Assembly: GCA_965216635.1 (NCBI GenBank)
Contig: OZ244188.1
Coordinates: 128,001-192,000 of the forward strand
Direction of reading: 5' to 3'
DNA: 64,000 nucleotides
DNA from: a bacterium
GTDB taxonomy: Bacteria > SAR324 > XYD2-FULL-50-16 > G965216635
The notes under the pieces were generated by a model that made no database searches, had not been told where the DNA came from, and saw only the letters and a program-made list of their open reading frames with translations. Below are positions 1 through 10,414 of this stretch, in pieces; the first letter of the stretch is position 1; each line of letters opens with the position of its first letter. Position numbers and translations under genes: made by a program.

Positions 1-520
1 AGTCAGAATAGTCTATATAGCTCTCAGTTTCATTATTCACAACAGTTCTATTTATATCCCCTTTAGATAATAGATAGCCTGCGGCAAAACTAAATTTAGG
101 TGTAATATAATAATTCAATAAAACCCCAGTTGTGACAAGTTTTTCGTCCCTCTCTCCTTTTACTTTTTTTTTACCAATAAAAATATCTATAGCAAAAATT
201 GGAGGTCTTTTAGAACTTGAAACTTCTAAAGTTCTTTCTGCAAAACTTTCTGGAGTTTCAATAGAGTCACTAGAAATTAAAACTTCTAAGTTCTCTTCTG
301 CTGAATTTTCAGTAGCGTCATTATCTTCTTGATTAAATTTTAAATTACAGATTTCTTTCGCTTGATTTATAGATTCTTCAGCATTAGCACCTTCACTTTC
401 TGCTTTGAGTCGTTCTACTTCAAAACAATCATCAAAACTATTTTTTTGAGCTAAAAGACTAGACAAAGCAAAAAGAAAAAACCCTAAAATAAGGATTAAA
501 AACAATACAATCTTTTTCAT
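1..520 (-). CDS. Exported/outer-membrane hypothetical protein, 3' end outside window
   Basis: Not in the ORF track. ATG at 520 reads MKKIVLFLILILGFFLFALSSLLAQ (signal peptide), then an acidic linker and amphipathic beta-like segments; open to the window edge. Confidence 0.75.
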   Translation of the reverse strand, partial: MKKIVLFLILILGFFLFALSSLLAQKNSFDDCFEVERLKAESEGANAEESINQAKEICNLKFNQEDNDATENSAEENLEVLISSDSIETPESFAERTLEVSSSKRPPIFAIDIFIGKKKVKGERDEKLVTTGVLLNYYITPKFSFAAGYLLSKGDINRTVVNNETESYIDYSD

Positions 521-584
521 AAGAATTTATTAGTTAAGGGTTCAAAATCAATAATTCCCCAAAAAACAAATAAATCAAAAAGCC

Positions 585-1278
585 ATAGAGAAAATAGCAG
601 TAAAAAACAAATAAATCAAAACAAATAAATCAGAACAAATAAATCTCTCAAACAAGCAAACCACTGAAAATGGTAGCAAAAATAATAATAAAAAACAAAT
701 AAATCAAAATAAATAAATCTCTCAAACAGACAAACCACTGAAAATGGTAGCAAAAACAATAATAAAAAACAAATAAATCAAAACAAATAAATCTCTCAAA
801 CAGACAAACCACTGAAAATGGTAGCAAAAATAATAATAAAAAACAAATAAATCAAAATAAATAAATCTCTCAAACAGACAAACTACTGAAAATGGTAGCA
901 AAAATAATAATAAAAAACAAATAAATCAAAACAAATAAATCTCTCAAACAACCAAAGCACTGAAAATGGTAGCAAAAATAATAATAAAAAACAAATAAAT
1001 CAAAACAAATAAATCTCTCAAACAACCAAAGCACTGAAAATGGTAGCAAAAATAATAATAAAAAACAAATAAATCTCTCAAACAACCAAAGCACTGAAAA
1101 TGGTAGCAAAAACAATAATAAAAAACAAATAAATCAAAACAAATAAATCTCTCAAACAAACCAAACCACTGAAAATGGTAGCAAAAATAATAATAAAAAA
1201 CAAATAAATCAAAACAAATAAATCTCTCAAACAAACCAAACCACTGAAAATGGTAGCAAAAATAATAATAAAAAATAA
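585..1278. repeat. Non-coding tandem repeat, about 9 copies of a 74-bp unit
   Basis: Core (c/g)cactgaaaatggtagcaaaa recurs at 661, 735, 809, 883, 957, 1031, 1091, 1166 and 1241, with an internal 14-bp sub-repeat aaacaaataaatc. Confidence 0.95.
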
Positions 1279-1435
1279 AATTATTGAATAATAAGCTATT
1301 TCCAATAGAATCATTCAAAAATGTTAAATCATTTTCTTAAAATACAAAAAACTGATTTTTTTAAAATGCTGTAGAGGCAAATTTTTCCAGCGGGATTTTT
1401 CGAGAGTTAATGAGCAGGATAGAAAACCAACATAT

Positions 1436-1724
1436 TATAGATCTTTGAATTTCGCTGATGCTTGCCCCGCTATTGGGGCTAGCCAAATGGTTAGAACAGG
1501 TGCAAAAAAAATTTTTAGCTCGCAGGAATACTCAAGTATTTCAAGGGACAAATTTTTTTTTTAATGGCGTAGCAAAAGACACTATAACCCTTGCATTAAG
1601 CAAGAATGAACTGTGAAACAGCCCTTTGGCTGTTTCACAAATAGCCCATAAAAAGCGTCAAGCAATAAGCTTGCTTTGGCTAAACAGCTAGTTTTGTCCT
1701 ATTTGGCAAATTCAAAAGGCTATA
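1436..1724. mobile_element. MITE-like element, long form
   Basis: Terminal inverted repeats tatagatctttgaatttc...caaattcaaaaggctata; internal hairpins; modules shared with other copies in the window. Confidence 0.75.
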
Positions 1725-2081
1725 TTATAGATTTTCATTCTCAGCGGAGAAATCAGATGATAATTCATTGAGTTTCTGATTGACTTTAAAAGCCCGCTTC
1801 CCCGAATCGTCGTAGCGAAAAACAAGTTCAGGGATTTTGCGAAAGGATAATTTTTGAGCTAGTTTTCTTTTTAAAATATAGCGCATAGAATGAAGTTTTT
1901 GCTCTACTTTTTTGCTATCTCCTCCAATGACAGAGATAAATATATCTGCTCTTTCTAAATTCTTGGTAAGGTTGACCTTTGAAAGACTTACAATGCCTGT
2001 AAAATTATCTGTGTAGTGCGACAAAATTTCTGATAATTTTATTTTTAGTGTTTTTTCTTTTCTGTTTTGAACGATAGACAT
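1725..2081 (-). CDS. rbfA: 30S ribosome-binding factor A
   Basis: C-terminal RKIPELVFRYDDS motif; 118 aa. Confidence 0.9.
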   Translation of the reverse strand: MSIVQNRKEKTLKIKLSEILSHYTDNFTGIVSLSKVNLTKNLERADIFISVIGGDSKKVEQKLHSMRYILKRKLAQKLSFRKIPELVFRYDDSGKRAFKVNQKLNELSSDFSAENENL

Positions 2082-2106
2082 TTTTGTTTTAAGACTACTA
2101 GGTTAG

Positions 2107-2146
2107 TATAGACCTTTGAATTTCGCTGATGCTTACCACGCTATTA
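2107..2146. repeat. Truncated MITE end
   Basis: tatagacctttgaatttcgctgatgctt matches the left end of the copy at 1436; abuts the recC stop. Confidence 0.7.
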
Positions 2147-5100
2147 TGACTCTAAAAATTTTTCTACAGGCGCAACAATTTTCCGTTCATATTCCAAAAC
2201 AACCAAGTTTAAATTTTGTGTATTTGGAAAACATAAATTCCAAAAATAATAATTTTCTTTTGCACTGTGCGAAATTTTCTGAAAAAAATCCACTTTTTTT
2301 TTTTCTAGAAACTCCTCTATAATCGTAGCATCAAAAGCCAGTGGCTGCTGTAAACCTTTTTTGTAGAGTGCTATCAAATCTGTTAAGTAATCTTTAGCTT
2401 GCGGGACAAATTTTAATTTTCTCTTTAAGACTAATTCTTTTTTTAGATCTAATCCAAACCAGTAGGATTCAGGTTTTTTGTCGGCTAGATGGTAGCATAA
2501 AAAAAGGTGCTTGATCCAAAAAACTATTTTTCTTTTGAGTTTGAAATGGGCTGGACTATTATAAATTGCCAATTTTTCTCTATACACTGGACAACCTCCA
2601 TAAATACTCATTTCACACAGGTTGGTTTGAAAGGCTATATTTAAAGATAGATTTCCTTGTTTTAGCTCTAAAATGTTCTGCCACCATTTGTTGAGTAGTG
2701 TTTGGTGAGGAATCCAAGCTTTCTCTCCCAAGGGTCGGGGTGGAAAATTTTTGTGCTGATAAAATTGCTCTAGTATTTGTTTGTCGTCCTGTTTGCTTTC
2801 TTTCTTTTTATGGGCTTTGAGGACAAGCCATTTTTTAGCAAACTCATAAGTTTTTAAAGCATCCCAATAGTAATTCTGCCAGTCATTCTGCCAGTCATTC
2901 TGCCAATCACTCTGCCATGAATTCGGATAAGCATTTGGAGCAGGTAGTCTTTTTTGTTTTTCCAATTTTAAAATATGCCGACAATAATACTGCACAGGGG
3001 ATACAAAAAATTGCAAAAAATCTTTCATAAAAATTGCTTTAGGAAGTTTATCGGATTGCCCCAAAGTAGTTGCCAATTCAGGGGAATATTGAATAGCGGG
3101 AGAGGGATGGATTTTTACCTGATCAATTTTTACCTGATCAGTTTTTACCTGATCAATTTTTTTTGGGGGAATAGATTGCTCTAATTGGGCTAGCTGGTAA
3201 AAATAGGAAGAATAAGACTGGTAGTGATTGTTTTCATTCGCTTCAAAATAACGACTATCAAAGGGATAAAGGTAATGCTGTTTAAAGAAAGGCAATGCCT
3301 CGTAGTTAGCGACTCCTAGTTTATCGCTTAAAAATTTCAAGAGATGCAGCAAAGCCAGTGAGGGTAGTGTTTTTTTGTTGTCTTGAATATTCCAACCTAC
3401 AAAACTGAAATATAAGTATTCTTCGGCACAAAGAATGGTTTCCAAAAATATATAAAGTTCTTCGTTCTTGATATCGTGAATCCCTGTTTTTCTTTGAAAC
3501 CCGAGTTTCTTTTTTTGTAGTAATCTGTAGATTAAATTCAAATCGGAGTGATTGTCTGCATGGCTTTCCATTCTAGGAAAAGCACCGTCGTCTAAACCTA
3601 AAAAACAAATTACCCGAAAGGGAATACTACGCATAGGTTGAATTTTACAAAAAGTGATACCAAAATCTAAAAACTTTTTTTCTGTTCTTGTTTTAAGCAG
3701 AGTCTCTTCAAAAAACTGCTTTAAGTAGCAAAACATATTTTGATAATCTAGTTTTTGTCTAAAATATTGGATACCTTGCTCTAATTTTTGTGTTAATTGA
3801 AAAAGTAGTCCGCTAAAAGATTCGTCTAATTCAAAAAGTTCTCCAAAAATAAATTGTAGACTTGTCTGCCATTCGTCCAGTCTTTGAGGTCTAAAACAGC
3901 CTTTTTCTTTATCACAAATTTTTAAAATTAAAGATATAAAATCAAAAAACTTACCCAGTATAACATAGCTTTGAGAGTCTATGCTAATGTTACAGATGGC
4001 TTTTGTGTCTTCTCCTTGTTCTTCTAAAAGGCAAGCAATAAGAATTTTTTCTTGTTTGTTTTTCCAATTGAACTCATCTTCTAAAAAAGATGCTTTGATA
4101 GCTAAATCGTCTTTTTTTAAAAAAAATCCAGAATTTTCTAAAATAGAAAATAGTTTATCTAGGTCTTCCTGATTGAGCTGCATTTTTTTTCTGATTTCCT
4201 CGCACTCCAGCAAATTCCATATAGCTTTGGATGCTAATTTTTTACGGGGCAGTTCTGCTAATTCTAATAGATAAAGGTGCCAAGAATCAAAATTTGTCCT
4301 TTCTGCGATAGAATAGGGAATATAGGGTTTAGAGCCTGAAAATACCTGTTCAATATAAGAGGCATAATCGGAAATTTGCGCACTTTTAACTAAAATATGT
4401 TTTGGTTCAAGAGACGGGTCCGCATCTAAAATTTTCAGCAAATAATTATAAAGTTCTTCTACTTCCCTTCTTTTGTGATGGCAGCTATGCACAGTAATGG
4501 AATCGTCTTTTTCTTGGCTCAGACCAGAACAAGCCCAGTGAGGTTCTATCGTGGGTTGCAGGATACTATTTTGCAGTTGTGCTAATAAATGCTTTTTTTT
4601 AGGCAACGAGTAACTCTCGTCTATTAAATGGTTATCCCAATCAAATTCAAGCATCGTGTATTGAAATTCTAGCTCTTTTTTTCCGAAAGCCATCAAAAGC
4701 GGGTGTCCCATTTGTAAATGGATTGTTTCAAATTCTTTTTGTTTTTGATCGTCTTTTAAGAATTTTAGTTTTTTTTTGATGATTCCTCTATCGCTCAACA
4801 GCTCGCCTAAGTATTCTAGACTAACATTCTTGTAGAAAAAATGAACATCTATAATTTGCGAAAGAAAAGAGAAAAGGCGGACATAGATAGTGGGCAGATA
4901 GCTAATACCAAAAATGGTTATTTTTTTAAGCGGTTGAATGTTTTTTTTGAGTTCAACGAGAGCAGTGCCAATATTTCTATCAAAGAGATTTTGACTCCAA
5001 TGGGAAATGTGGCTGTATTTTTCTTTATCAAAAAGTTGTTGCCAAAATTTTTTTTGAATACTTACTATATCTTCGTCTCCAGAATCAGAAAATTCTTCGT

Positions 5101-5518
5101 GTTGGAAAATATCAGGATAAAAAAGAGCATACTGCTGAAAAAGATTGGCTAATTTTAGTGCTAAAAAATAAAGTTCTTTGGAGTTTTGTCTTTGTAGGTA
5201 GCTATTGAATTTATTTTCTTCTTCATAAAACTGCAATAGCAAATCCAGTATTTTCCAGTTCCAATCTTCTTCAGCTAAAAGAAATTTTTCAGGTAACGGT
5301 TGAAAAAGTTGTTGTAAAAAATGGTTGGGAGAAAAAAATTTCAAGTTAGCACTGATCCCTTGTATTTGCATCATCTGCAATTCAATCCAACGGCTAATAC
5401 TATAATTACCAATGATTACGTAATCAGGCTGTAAAATATTTTCTGTGCTATTGGCTAAGACAGAAGTTAGCTTTTTTAAAAGCTCTTTTTGTGAATTACT
5501 GCGATAAACAAAAAGCAT
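2144..5518 (-). CDS. recC: Exodeoxyribonuclease V gamma subunit
   Basis: N-terminal VYRSN, GISANLKF, HSCH..REVE and PMRSIPFRVICFLGLDDGAFPR motifs; 1124 aa. Confidence 0.93.
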   Translation of the reverse strand: MLFVYRSNSQKELLKKLTSVLANSTENILQPDYVIIGNYSISRWIELQMMQIQGISANLKFFSPNHFLQQLFQPLPEKFLLAEEDWNWKILDLLLQFYEEENKFNSYLQRQNSKELYFLALKLANLFQQYALFYPDIFQHEEFSDSGDEDIVSIQKKFWQQLFDKEKYSHISHWSQNLFDRNIGTALVELKKNIQPLKKITIFGISYLPTIYVRLFSFLSQIIDVHFFYKNVSLEYLGELLSDRGIIKKKLKFLKDDQKQKEFETIHLQMGHPLLMAFGKKELEFQYTMLEFDWDNHLIDESYSLPKKKHLLAQLQNSILQPTIEPHWACSGLSQEKDDSITVHSCHHKRREVEELYNYLLKILDADPSLEPKHILVKSAQISDYASYIEQVFSGSKPYIPYSIAERTNFDSWHLYLLELAELPRKKLASKAIWNLLECEEIRKKMQLNQEDLDKLFSILENSGFFLKKDDLAIKASFLEDEFNWKNKQEKILIACLLEEQGEDTKAICNISIDSQSYVILGKFFDFISLILKICDKEKGCFRPQRLDEWQTSLQFIFGELFELDESFSGLLFQLTQKLEQGIQYFRQKLDYQNMFCYLKQFFEETLLKTRTEKKFLDFGITFCKIQPMRSIPFRVICFLGLDDGAFPRMESHADNHSDLNLIYRLLQKKKLGFQRKTGIHDIKNEELYIFLETILCAEEYLYFSFVGWNIQDNKKTLPSLALLHLLKFLSDKLGVANYEALPFFKQHYLYPFDSRYFEANENNHYQSYSSYFYQLAQLEQSIPPKKIDQVKTDQVKIDQVKIHPSPAIQYSPELATTLGQSDKLPKAIFMKDFLQFFVSPVQYYCRHILKLEKQKRLPAPNAYPNSWQSDWQNDWQNDWQNYYWDALKTYEFAKKWLVLKAHKKKESKQDDKQILEQFYQHKNFPPRPLGEKAWIPHQTLLNKWWQNILELKQGNLSLNIAFQTNLCEMSIYGGCPVYREKLAIYNSPAHFKLKRKIVFWIKHLFLCYHLADKKPESYWFGLDLKKELVLKRKLKFVPQAKDYLTDLIALYKKGLQQPLAFDATIIEEFLEKKKVDFFQKISHSAKENYYFWNLCFPNTQNLNLVVLEYERKIVAPVEKFLES

Positions 5519-5524
5519 GGCAGT

Positions 5525-6253
5525 CTAAAGAAGAATTGTTCGCAGAATCAATGATGCTCCAGCAAGCAAGCAAATAATCTGTATAATTTTTTTGAAATTT
5601 TCGGTATTGATATAAGTTATCACGAAAGGAGCCAAAAAAAATCCCAAGATAGCGCTAGGAATCCAAAGTATTGACAGAATAAGATGAGTTGTATTAGCAA
5701 TGCCTGCGATGGCTAAAGCTGTCAGAGAAATAATGTTTCCCAGAATGAAATAAAAAGAAATAGTGCTTAAAAAAATATTTTTGGGACAATTTTGTAGCAC
5801 AATGGCTACAGCAGGTCCTCCCATTCCAGTAATTGTTCCCATAATTCCTCCACAAAATCCGCCTGAAAAAAGATTCCAAAAATGTGGTTGAATTTGCCAA
5901 CGGCAAATGCTTAAAAAAGTGCTAAAAATTAAAACAGCACCAATAAAGATATTTAAACCAATTGGATTGAAAATTCCAAAAATAACAACTGCTACCAAAA
6001 TACCGGGTAGACGACCCACTAGAATAAAGCTTAGTTTTTTGAAATCCAACGAATGTTGAAAACGAAATAGATTAAAAGCAGAGAGCATGCCTACAAGAAA
6101 AAGCGATGGCACTGGAACATAACTGGAATTTAGGAGCAACAAGCAAGGCGTTACTATGAGAGCAAAGCCGATTCCTACACTAGATTGTAATAAGGCTCCT
6201 AAAAAAACAATCAAACTTCCCCATAAAATATCACTTAAAATTAAAAATTCCAT
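5525..6253 (-). CDS. Sulfite exporter TauE/SafE family membrane protein
   Basis: QSSVGIGFAL and GIMGTITGMGGP motifs; multiple transmembrane segments. Confidence 0.85.
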   Translation of the reverse strand: MEFLILSDILWGSLIVFLGALLQSSVGIGFALIVTPCLLLLNSSYVPVPSLFLVGMLSAFNLFRFQHSLDFKKLSFILVGRLPGILVAVVIFGIFNPIGLNIFIGAVLIFSTFLSICRWQIQPHFWNLFSGGFCGGIMGTITGMGGPAVAIVLQNCPKNIFLSTISFYFILGNIISLTALAIAGIANTTHLILSILWIPSAILGFFLAPFVITYINTENFKKIIQIICLLAGASLILRTILL

Positions 6254-6347
6254 TTAGTCTGAAGCTCTCTCTTGTAGTAATTTGAAATTTTTATTTTACT
6301 TGAATAGCATTAGTTCTACAAGCGGTTTTATGAACGGAATAGTCTAT

Positions 6348-8144
6348 CTAAAGTTTTAGGTATTTTGGGAAAATAAATCCTTTTTCAAAAACTTTAAGGC
6401 AGGCTTCAACTGCTTCAATATTGTGAGTTTTCCCTTTCTCTTCTTGGATAACTTTCAAAGCAGCATCCAATCCCAAAGCTTTTCTATAAGGTCTTGCGTT
6501 TGTTATTGCTTCTACTGTATCGGCAACGGCTAGTATTTTTCCAATTAAAGATATTTTTTTATCTATAATACCTTTCGGGTAACCTGAACCATCCAACCTT
6601 TCGTGGTGGTGCAAAATACCATCTTTTATTTCTTGAGGAATGTCTAAATTTTTTATTATATCATGACCCATCAACACATGTTTTTGGATTTCTTGAAATT
6701 CTTTTTTCTTGAGTTTTCCTTTTTTTACAAGTAAGTCACTGGAAACTCCTATTTTACCAATATCGTGAATCAAAGCAGACAATTTAACACTTTCAATATA
6801 TTGTCCATCTAGTTTCATTTCTTTGGCAATAGATTCTGACAATTTACTAATACGAAACTGGTGTCCTGCGGTATAAGGGTCTCTTTTTTCTACCGTCATC
6901 CCAAAGGCTTGAATCATCTGTTGATTTGCTTTTTTTAATTTTTCATAAATTTCGTCTTTTTCTAGTTTTAATAGATAAAATCTATCTGCCAAGGCTAGCG
7001 AGAGAAAAGTAGCTTCAAAAAGAGAGCCTAATAGATTGATATGAGCCACAAAAGGGCTATAAGGTAAAACACCTCTAATATACAATACCCAAATCAGGAT
7101 AGAAAAAGTAAAAAAAACCCAGCCAACAAGAAAAAAACGTGCTTGTCTACAACCTCTTATATAACACACAATACCAATCCATAAGCCAAGTAAAACTAGC
7201 AGTACACCTTCTATTGAAATCATTTTAGTAGCTAAAAGAGTGTTTGTAGAATTAATAATTGCAGTAGATATTAGTAGAATTGCCAAAAAACCTAATGGGT
7301 AAATAGAACTTGGGAATCTTTTTTTTGTTTCTAAAAAATAATAGATATATCCAATCAAGGATAGCATTACAAAAATCCAAAAAAATATTCTAATTTTAGC
7401 AATAATATAAAATCCTAGTAAAACTTCCAGTTTGTAAAGACTAATAATGCCAGCTAACAACCAAAAGAATAGGTAGGAAATATAAAACAAATAGGCTTTA
7501 TCACCAAAAGAGATGAATATAAACAAATTATAGATTAAAAGCAGAACTACAGCTCCACTAAAAATGCCTAATAAAAGTGTTTTTTTATAGATACCTGTTG
7601 AAATTTTTGTATTTGTAATGGAAAAGGGGAAAACAACATAACCGTAAATATCAGAATGAACAAAAATTTTTAAGTCTTTGTTTTCTAACAATTCTGGTGG
7701 AATGGGGATAAAGATAAGCGGGAATTTTTTTTGTAACTGATAGTCTTTCACACTTGGAATTTCTATTGTATCCACTACTTGATCGGCAACTACAAAATAA
7801 ACAGAAAGATTTTTGAAATCAAAGTTAAAATAGTTATCCATTACAATGAACCACTCTTTTTTTTCGGAAAGATTTTGAATAGTCGGGAATTCTAACCAGT
7901 AATTAGCATTTCCATAGCTTAAATAAATAACATCTTCTTCGCCTTGCACAAAAGATTTATTGAATTTTCCAGAAAGTACATCTTCTATTGAAACACTCCT
8001 ATTTTTATCTTCTAAAAAACGGATGTACTTCCCTAATAGAAAAGAATCTTGCTCGTTATTCAATACAATTTTTGAAGCAAACAAACTTGGGCATAAAAAT
8101 ACAAAGAATCCTAATATAAAGACTAGTTTTGAAAACAATTTCAT
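6348..8144 (-). CDS. 7TMR-DISM sensor fused to an HD-GYP c-di-GMP phosphodiesterase
   Basis: Signal peptide, extracellular domain, 7 TM (YNLFIF...YISY), then RDPYTAGH, HDIGK and HHERLDGSGYP. Confidence 0.88.
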   Translation of the reverse strand: MKLFSKLVFILGFFVFLCPSLFASKIVLNNEQDSFLLGKYIRFLEDKNRSVSIEDVLSGKFNKSFVQGEEDVIYLSYGNANYWLEFPTIQNLSEKKEWFIVMDNYFNFDFKNLSVYFVVADQVVDTIEIPSVKDYQLQKKFPLIFIPIPPELLENKDLKIFVHSDIYGYVVFPFSITNTKISTGIYKKTLLLGIFSGAVVLLLIYNLFIFISFGDKAYLFYISYLFFWLLAGIISLYKLEVLLGFYIIAKIRIFFWIFVMLSLIGYIYYFLETKKRFPSSIYPLGFLAILLISTAIINSTNTLLATKMISIEGVLLVLLGLWIGIVCYIRGCRQARFFLVGWVFFTFSILIWVLYIRGVLPYSPFVAHINLLGSLFEATFLSLALADRFYLLKLEKDEIYEKLKKANQQMIQAFGMTVEKRDPYTAGHQFRISKLSESIAKEMKLDGQYIESVKLSALIHDIGKIGVSSDLLVKKGKLKKKEFQEIQKHVLMGHDIIKNLDIPQEIKDGILHHHERLDGSGYPKGIIDKKISLIGKILAVADTVEAITNARPYRKALGLDAALKVIQEEKGKTHNIEAVEACLKVFEKGFIFPKYLKL

Positions 8145-8178
8145 TTTTAAGCGATGTAATAATTAATTAATAAAATTT

Positions 8179-8772
8179 TTATTTTTTTTTGCTATTTTTA
8201 TCTTTTTGTAGAGCAAACATAGGATTGTTTCTATCATCTGGATGCATCTTGTCTCTATCTTTTTTATCCAAATGCCAGAATGATTTAGAAATAGGAACAT
8301 AGGAGTCTTTTTTATTGTGATGAAACGGACACCACCAAACTTCTACCACTTTTACTAGATAGCTACACCATTCTAGTAAAGCAATACTGATAGGACAATA
8401 CCAAGTACAATTAAAAAGCCAAAATAATTTAGAATGATTCAAAGAAAAACGGCTTCCCATGACAATTTGAGTTTTGTAGGTATACCTATGAGATTTTGGA
8501 TCTGGCATAAAATTTTTTAACTTTTTCAGAGTTTTACTAGCTCCCATTAATTTTAAATGCCAATAACAAGCGAGCCCAATAAGATATAAAAATATCCAAG
8601 AACCTAGCAAAAAAGGAATATAAATTATAGGAATACCTAGAATTTTCAAAAAAATATTTCTTTTCTTAAAATCCTCACCAATAGAAACTCTATGGCATTC
8701 CGAACAGCTCTTTGGTGAACTAAAAGGATTAGTTTCTTGAAAAGAGCTTTCTGAATCTTTATTTTTTTTCAT
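8179..8772 (-). CDS. Hypothetical membrane protein with Cys/His motifs
   Basis: One or two TM segments; CSECHR, NCTWYCP and WWCPFHH. Confidence 0.75.
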   Translation of the reverse strand: MKKNKDSESSFQETNPFSSPKSCSECHRVSIGEDFKKRNIFLKILGIPIIYIPFLLGSWIFLYLIGLACYWHLKLMGASKTLKKLKNFMPDPKSHRYTYKTQIVMGSRFSLNHSKLFWLFNCTWYCPISIALLEWCSYLVKVVEVWWCPFHHNKKDSYVPISKSFWHLDKKDRDKMHPDDRNNPMFALQKDKNSKKK

Positions 8773-8951
8773 AATTTTTTTATTTTATTATTTTTAAACC
8801 AACAGATAAATCAACAAACCTTTGGAATATCCCAAAATTTTTTTTGTGAACAGGTATTACTAAAATCTACACAATTGAAAATGCCTGCCCCCAATAAAAG
8901 GTAGCCAAGAATCGTTGGCTGATACCAAAAAAGAGCTAATTACTTCATTTT

Positions 8952-10175
8952 CTAACGACTAGTTCTCTCTCTGGTGAAATGAAATAATCTTTTTAAATTA
9001 CTAGGACGTATTCCTTTTTCTACACTTTTTTCTGCTATGATGTGGTAAGCTTGCATTGAGTTTGTCAGCATAGCATTATGTGTTCCCCATAAATACAAAT
9101 GAAATGTTCGCCAAGTTTTTTCCCCACAGATGCGAACTAATTTATCACGGTTGGCTTCAAACCGTTCTGCCCAGTGTTTTAAAGTCAAGGCATAATCCAT
9201 CCGTTCATCTATCACTTCTTTAATTTCCATACCGTGAAATAAAAACTCCCTAATTACATCTTGAAGGCACATAAGAGAATGTGCTCCTGGGTAAATAAGA
9301 ATGCGACCAAAATCCCCGAGATCATATTTTTCGTGTGAGGCTGATCCGTCTAAATATATTCTTCCACCCGGTTTTAAACAACTCCAGACCTTAGCAGCAA
9401 AACGCTGGTAATAGGGAATATGCTCAATCACACCATAGATCACAATCGCATCGTAAGGAGTTTTTGGTTTGTGGTTAAAAAAATCATCCAAATACACTCG
9501 GGCTTTCTGTTGCCAACCTTCTTCGTCAATCAATTTTTGGATACATTTTTTAGAATTATCAGCGATAGTGAGGCTGGTTACATCTATCCCGCGAGGCACA
9601 CAATAACGGGTAGCGCCACCCCAACCTCCGCCAATATCTAGCAGTCGCATACCTTTTTTGAGTTTGAGTCCACTATACATAGTCTCTAGTTTATGAACTG
9701 TAGCCTGCTCTAATGTTTCTGTGGGTTTTTTGTAGATGCACTGTGAATACATATGATATTTTTTATCAGTAAAAAGATAAAAAAATTCGTCATCAAAGCT
9801 ATAATGGTGCTGAATAGATTTTTTGTTGGATTTTATAACGGGACTGAAAAAAATTTTCCAGTTCAATTTCAAGCGAGGTATCAAAGTATTTTGCTTGATA
9901 AATTTTCGCAAAGCTAAAAACGCAGAAACCTCTCCTTTTATATCAAATTGACCTTCTATGTAGGCTCGTCCAATATTCAACTCCGTTATTCCTTTCCAGA
10001 GAAAAGCGGTAGAATGAAAAGTAACAGTAAACAGCGGTTTGCCTTTACCTATTTCAAGGCTTTCGTCTTGAGGAAATTTAAAACAACAAGAAATATCTAG
10101 TCTTTGAAGAAATTTAGCTATCTTGCTAGCGGCTGCGCCATCTTTGGTTTTAATTACAAGATTTTGTTTTGTCAT
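8952..10175 (-). CDS. cfa: Cyclopropane-fatty-acyl-phospholipid synthase family SAM methyltransferase
   Basis: IQHHY, MYSQC, LLDIGGGWGG, GVIEH and DYALTLKHW motifs. Confidence 0.85.
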   Translation of the reverse strand: MTKQNLVIKTKDGAAASKIAKFLQRLDISCCFKFPQDESLEIGKGKPLFTVTFHSTAFLWKGITELNIGRAYIEGQFDIKGEVSAFLALRKFIKQNTLIPRLKLNWKIFFSPVIKSNKKSIQHHYSFDDEFFYLFTDKKYHMYSQCIYKKPTETLEQATVHKLETMYSGLKLKKGMRLLDIGGGWGGATRYCVPRGIDVTSLTIADNSKKCIQKLIDEEGWQQKARVYLDDFFNHKPKTPYDAIVIYGVIEHIPYYQRFAAKVWSCLKPGGRIYLDGSASHEKYDLGDFGRILIYPGAHSLMCLQDVIREFLFHGMEIKEVIDERMDYALTLKHWAERFEANRDKLVRICGEKTWRTFHLYLWGTHNAMLTNSMQAYHIIAEKSVEKGIRPSNLKRLFHFTRERTSR

Positions 10176-10303
10176 AACTGGTTTTTAGTAAATTATAGGG
10201 ATTTTTTAAAGATTCTAAAAAATAGAAATTCTCTATTAATAAAAATTCTCCGTTTATTTTTCAATAAAACTACACAAATTTTCAAAAAATAGCAAGTCTT
10301 TAT

Positions 10304-10397
10304 TATAGACCTTTGAATTTGTTTGTCTAGTTTAGCCAATAAGCTTATCAATATAGACCTTTGAATTTGCTTGTCTAGTTTAGCCAACAAGTCTATA
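10304..10397. repeat. Tandem pair of MITE ends
   Basis: tatagacctttgaatttg.ttgtctagtttagccaa twice, ending aagtctata. Confidence 0.75.
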
Positions 10398-10414
10398 TTA
10401 CTTGATTTAACCGT

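Noticed and set aside
585..1278. CRISPR array
   Set aside because: No unique spacers, since whole units repeat, and no cas genes in the window
870..1318. Three overlapping Phe/Cys/Tyr-rich ORFs
   Set aside because: Artefacts of a 74-bp repeat that is not a multiple of 3; the same peptides rotate through frames
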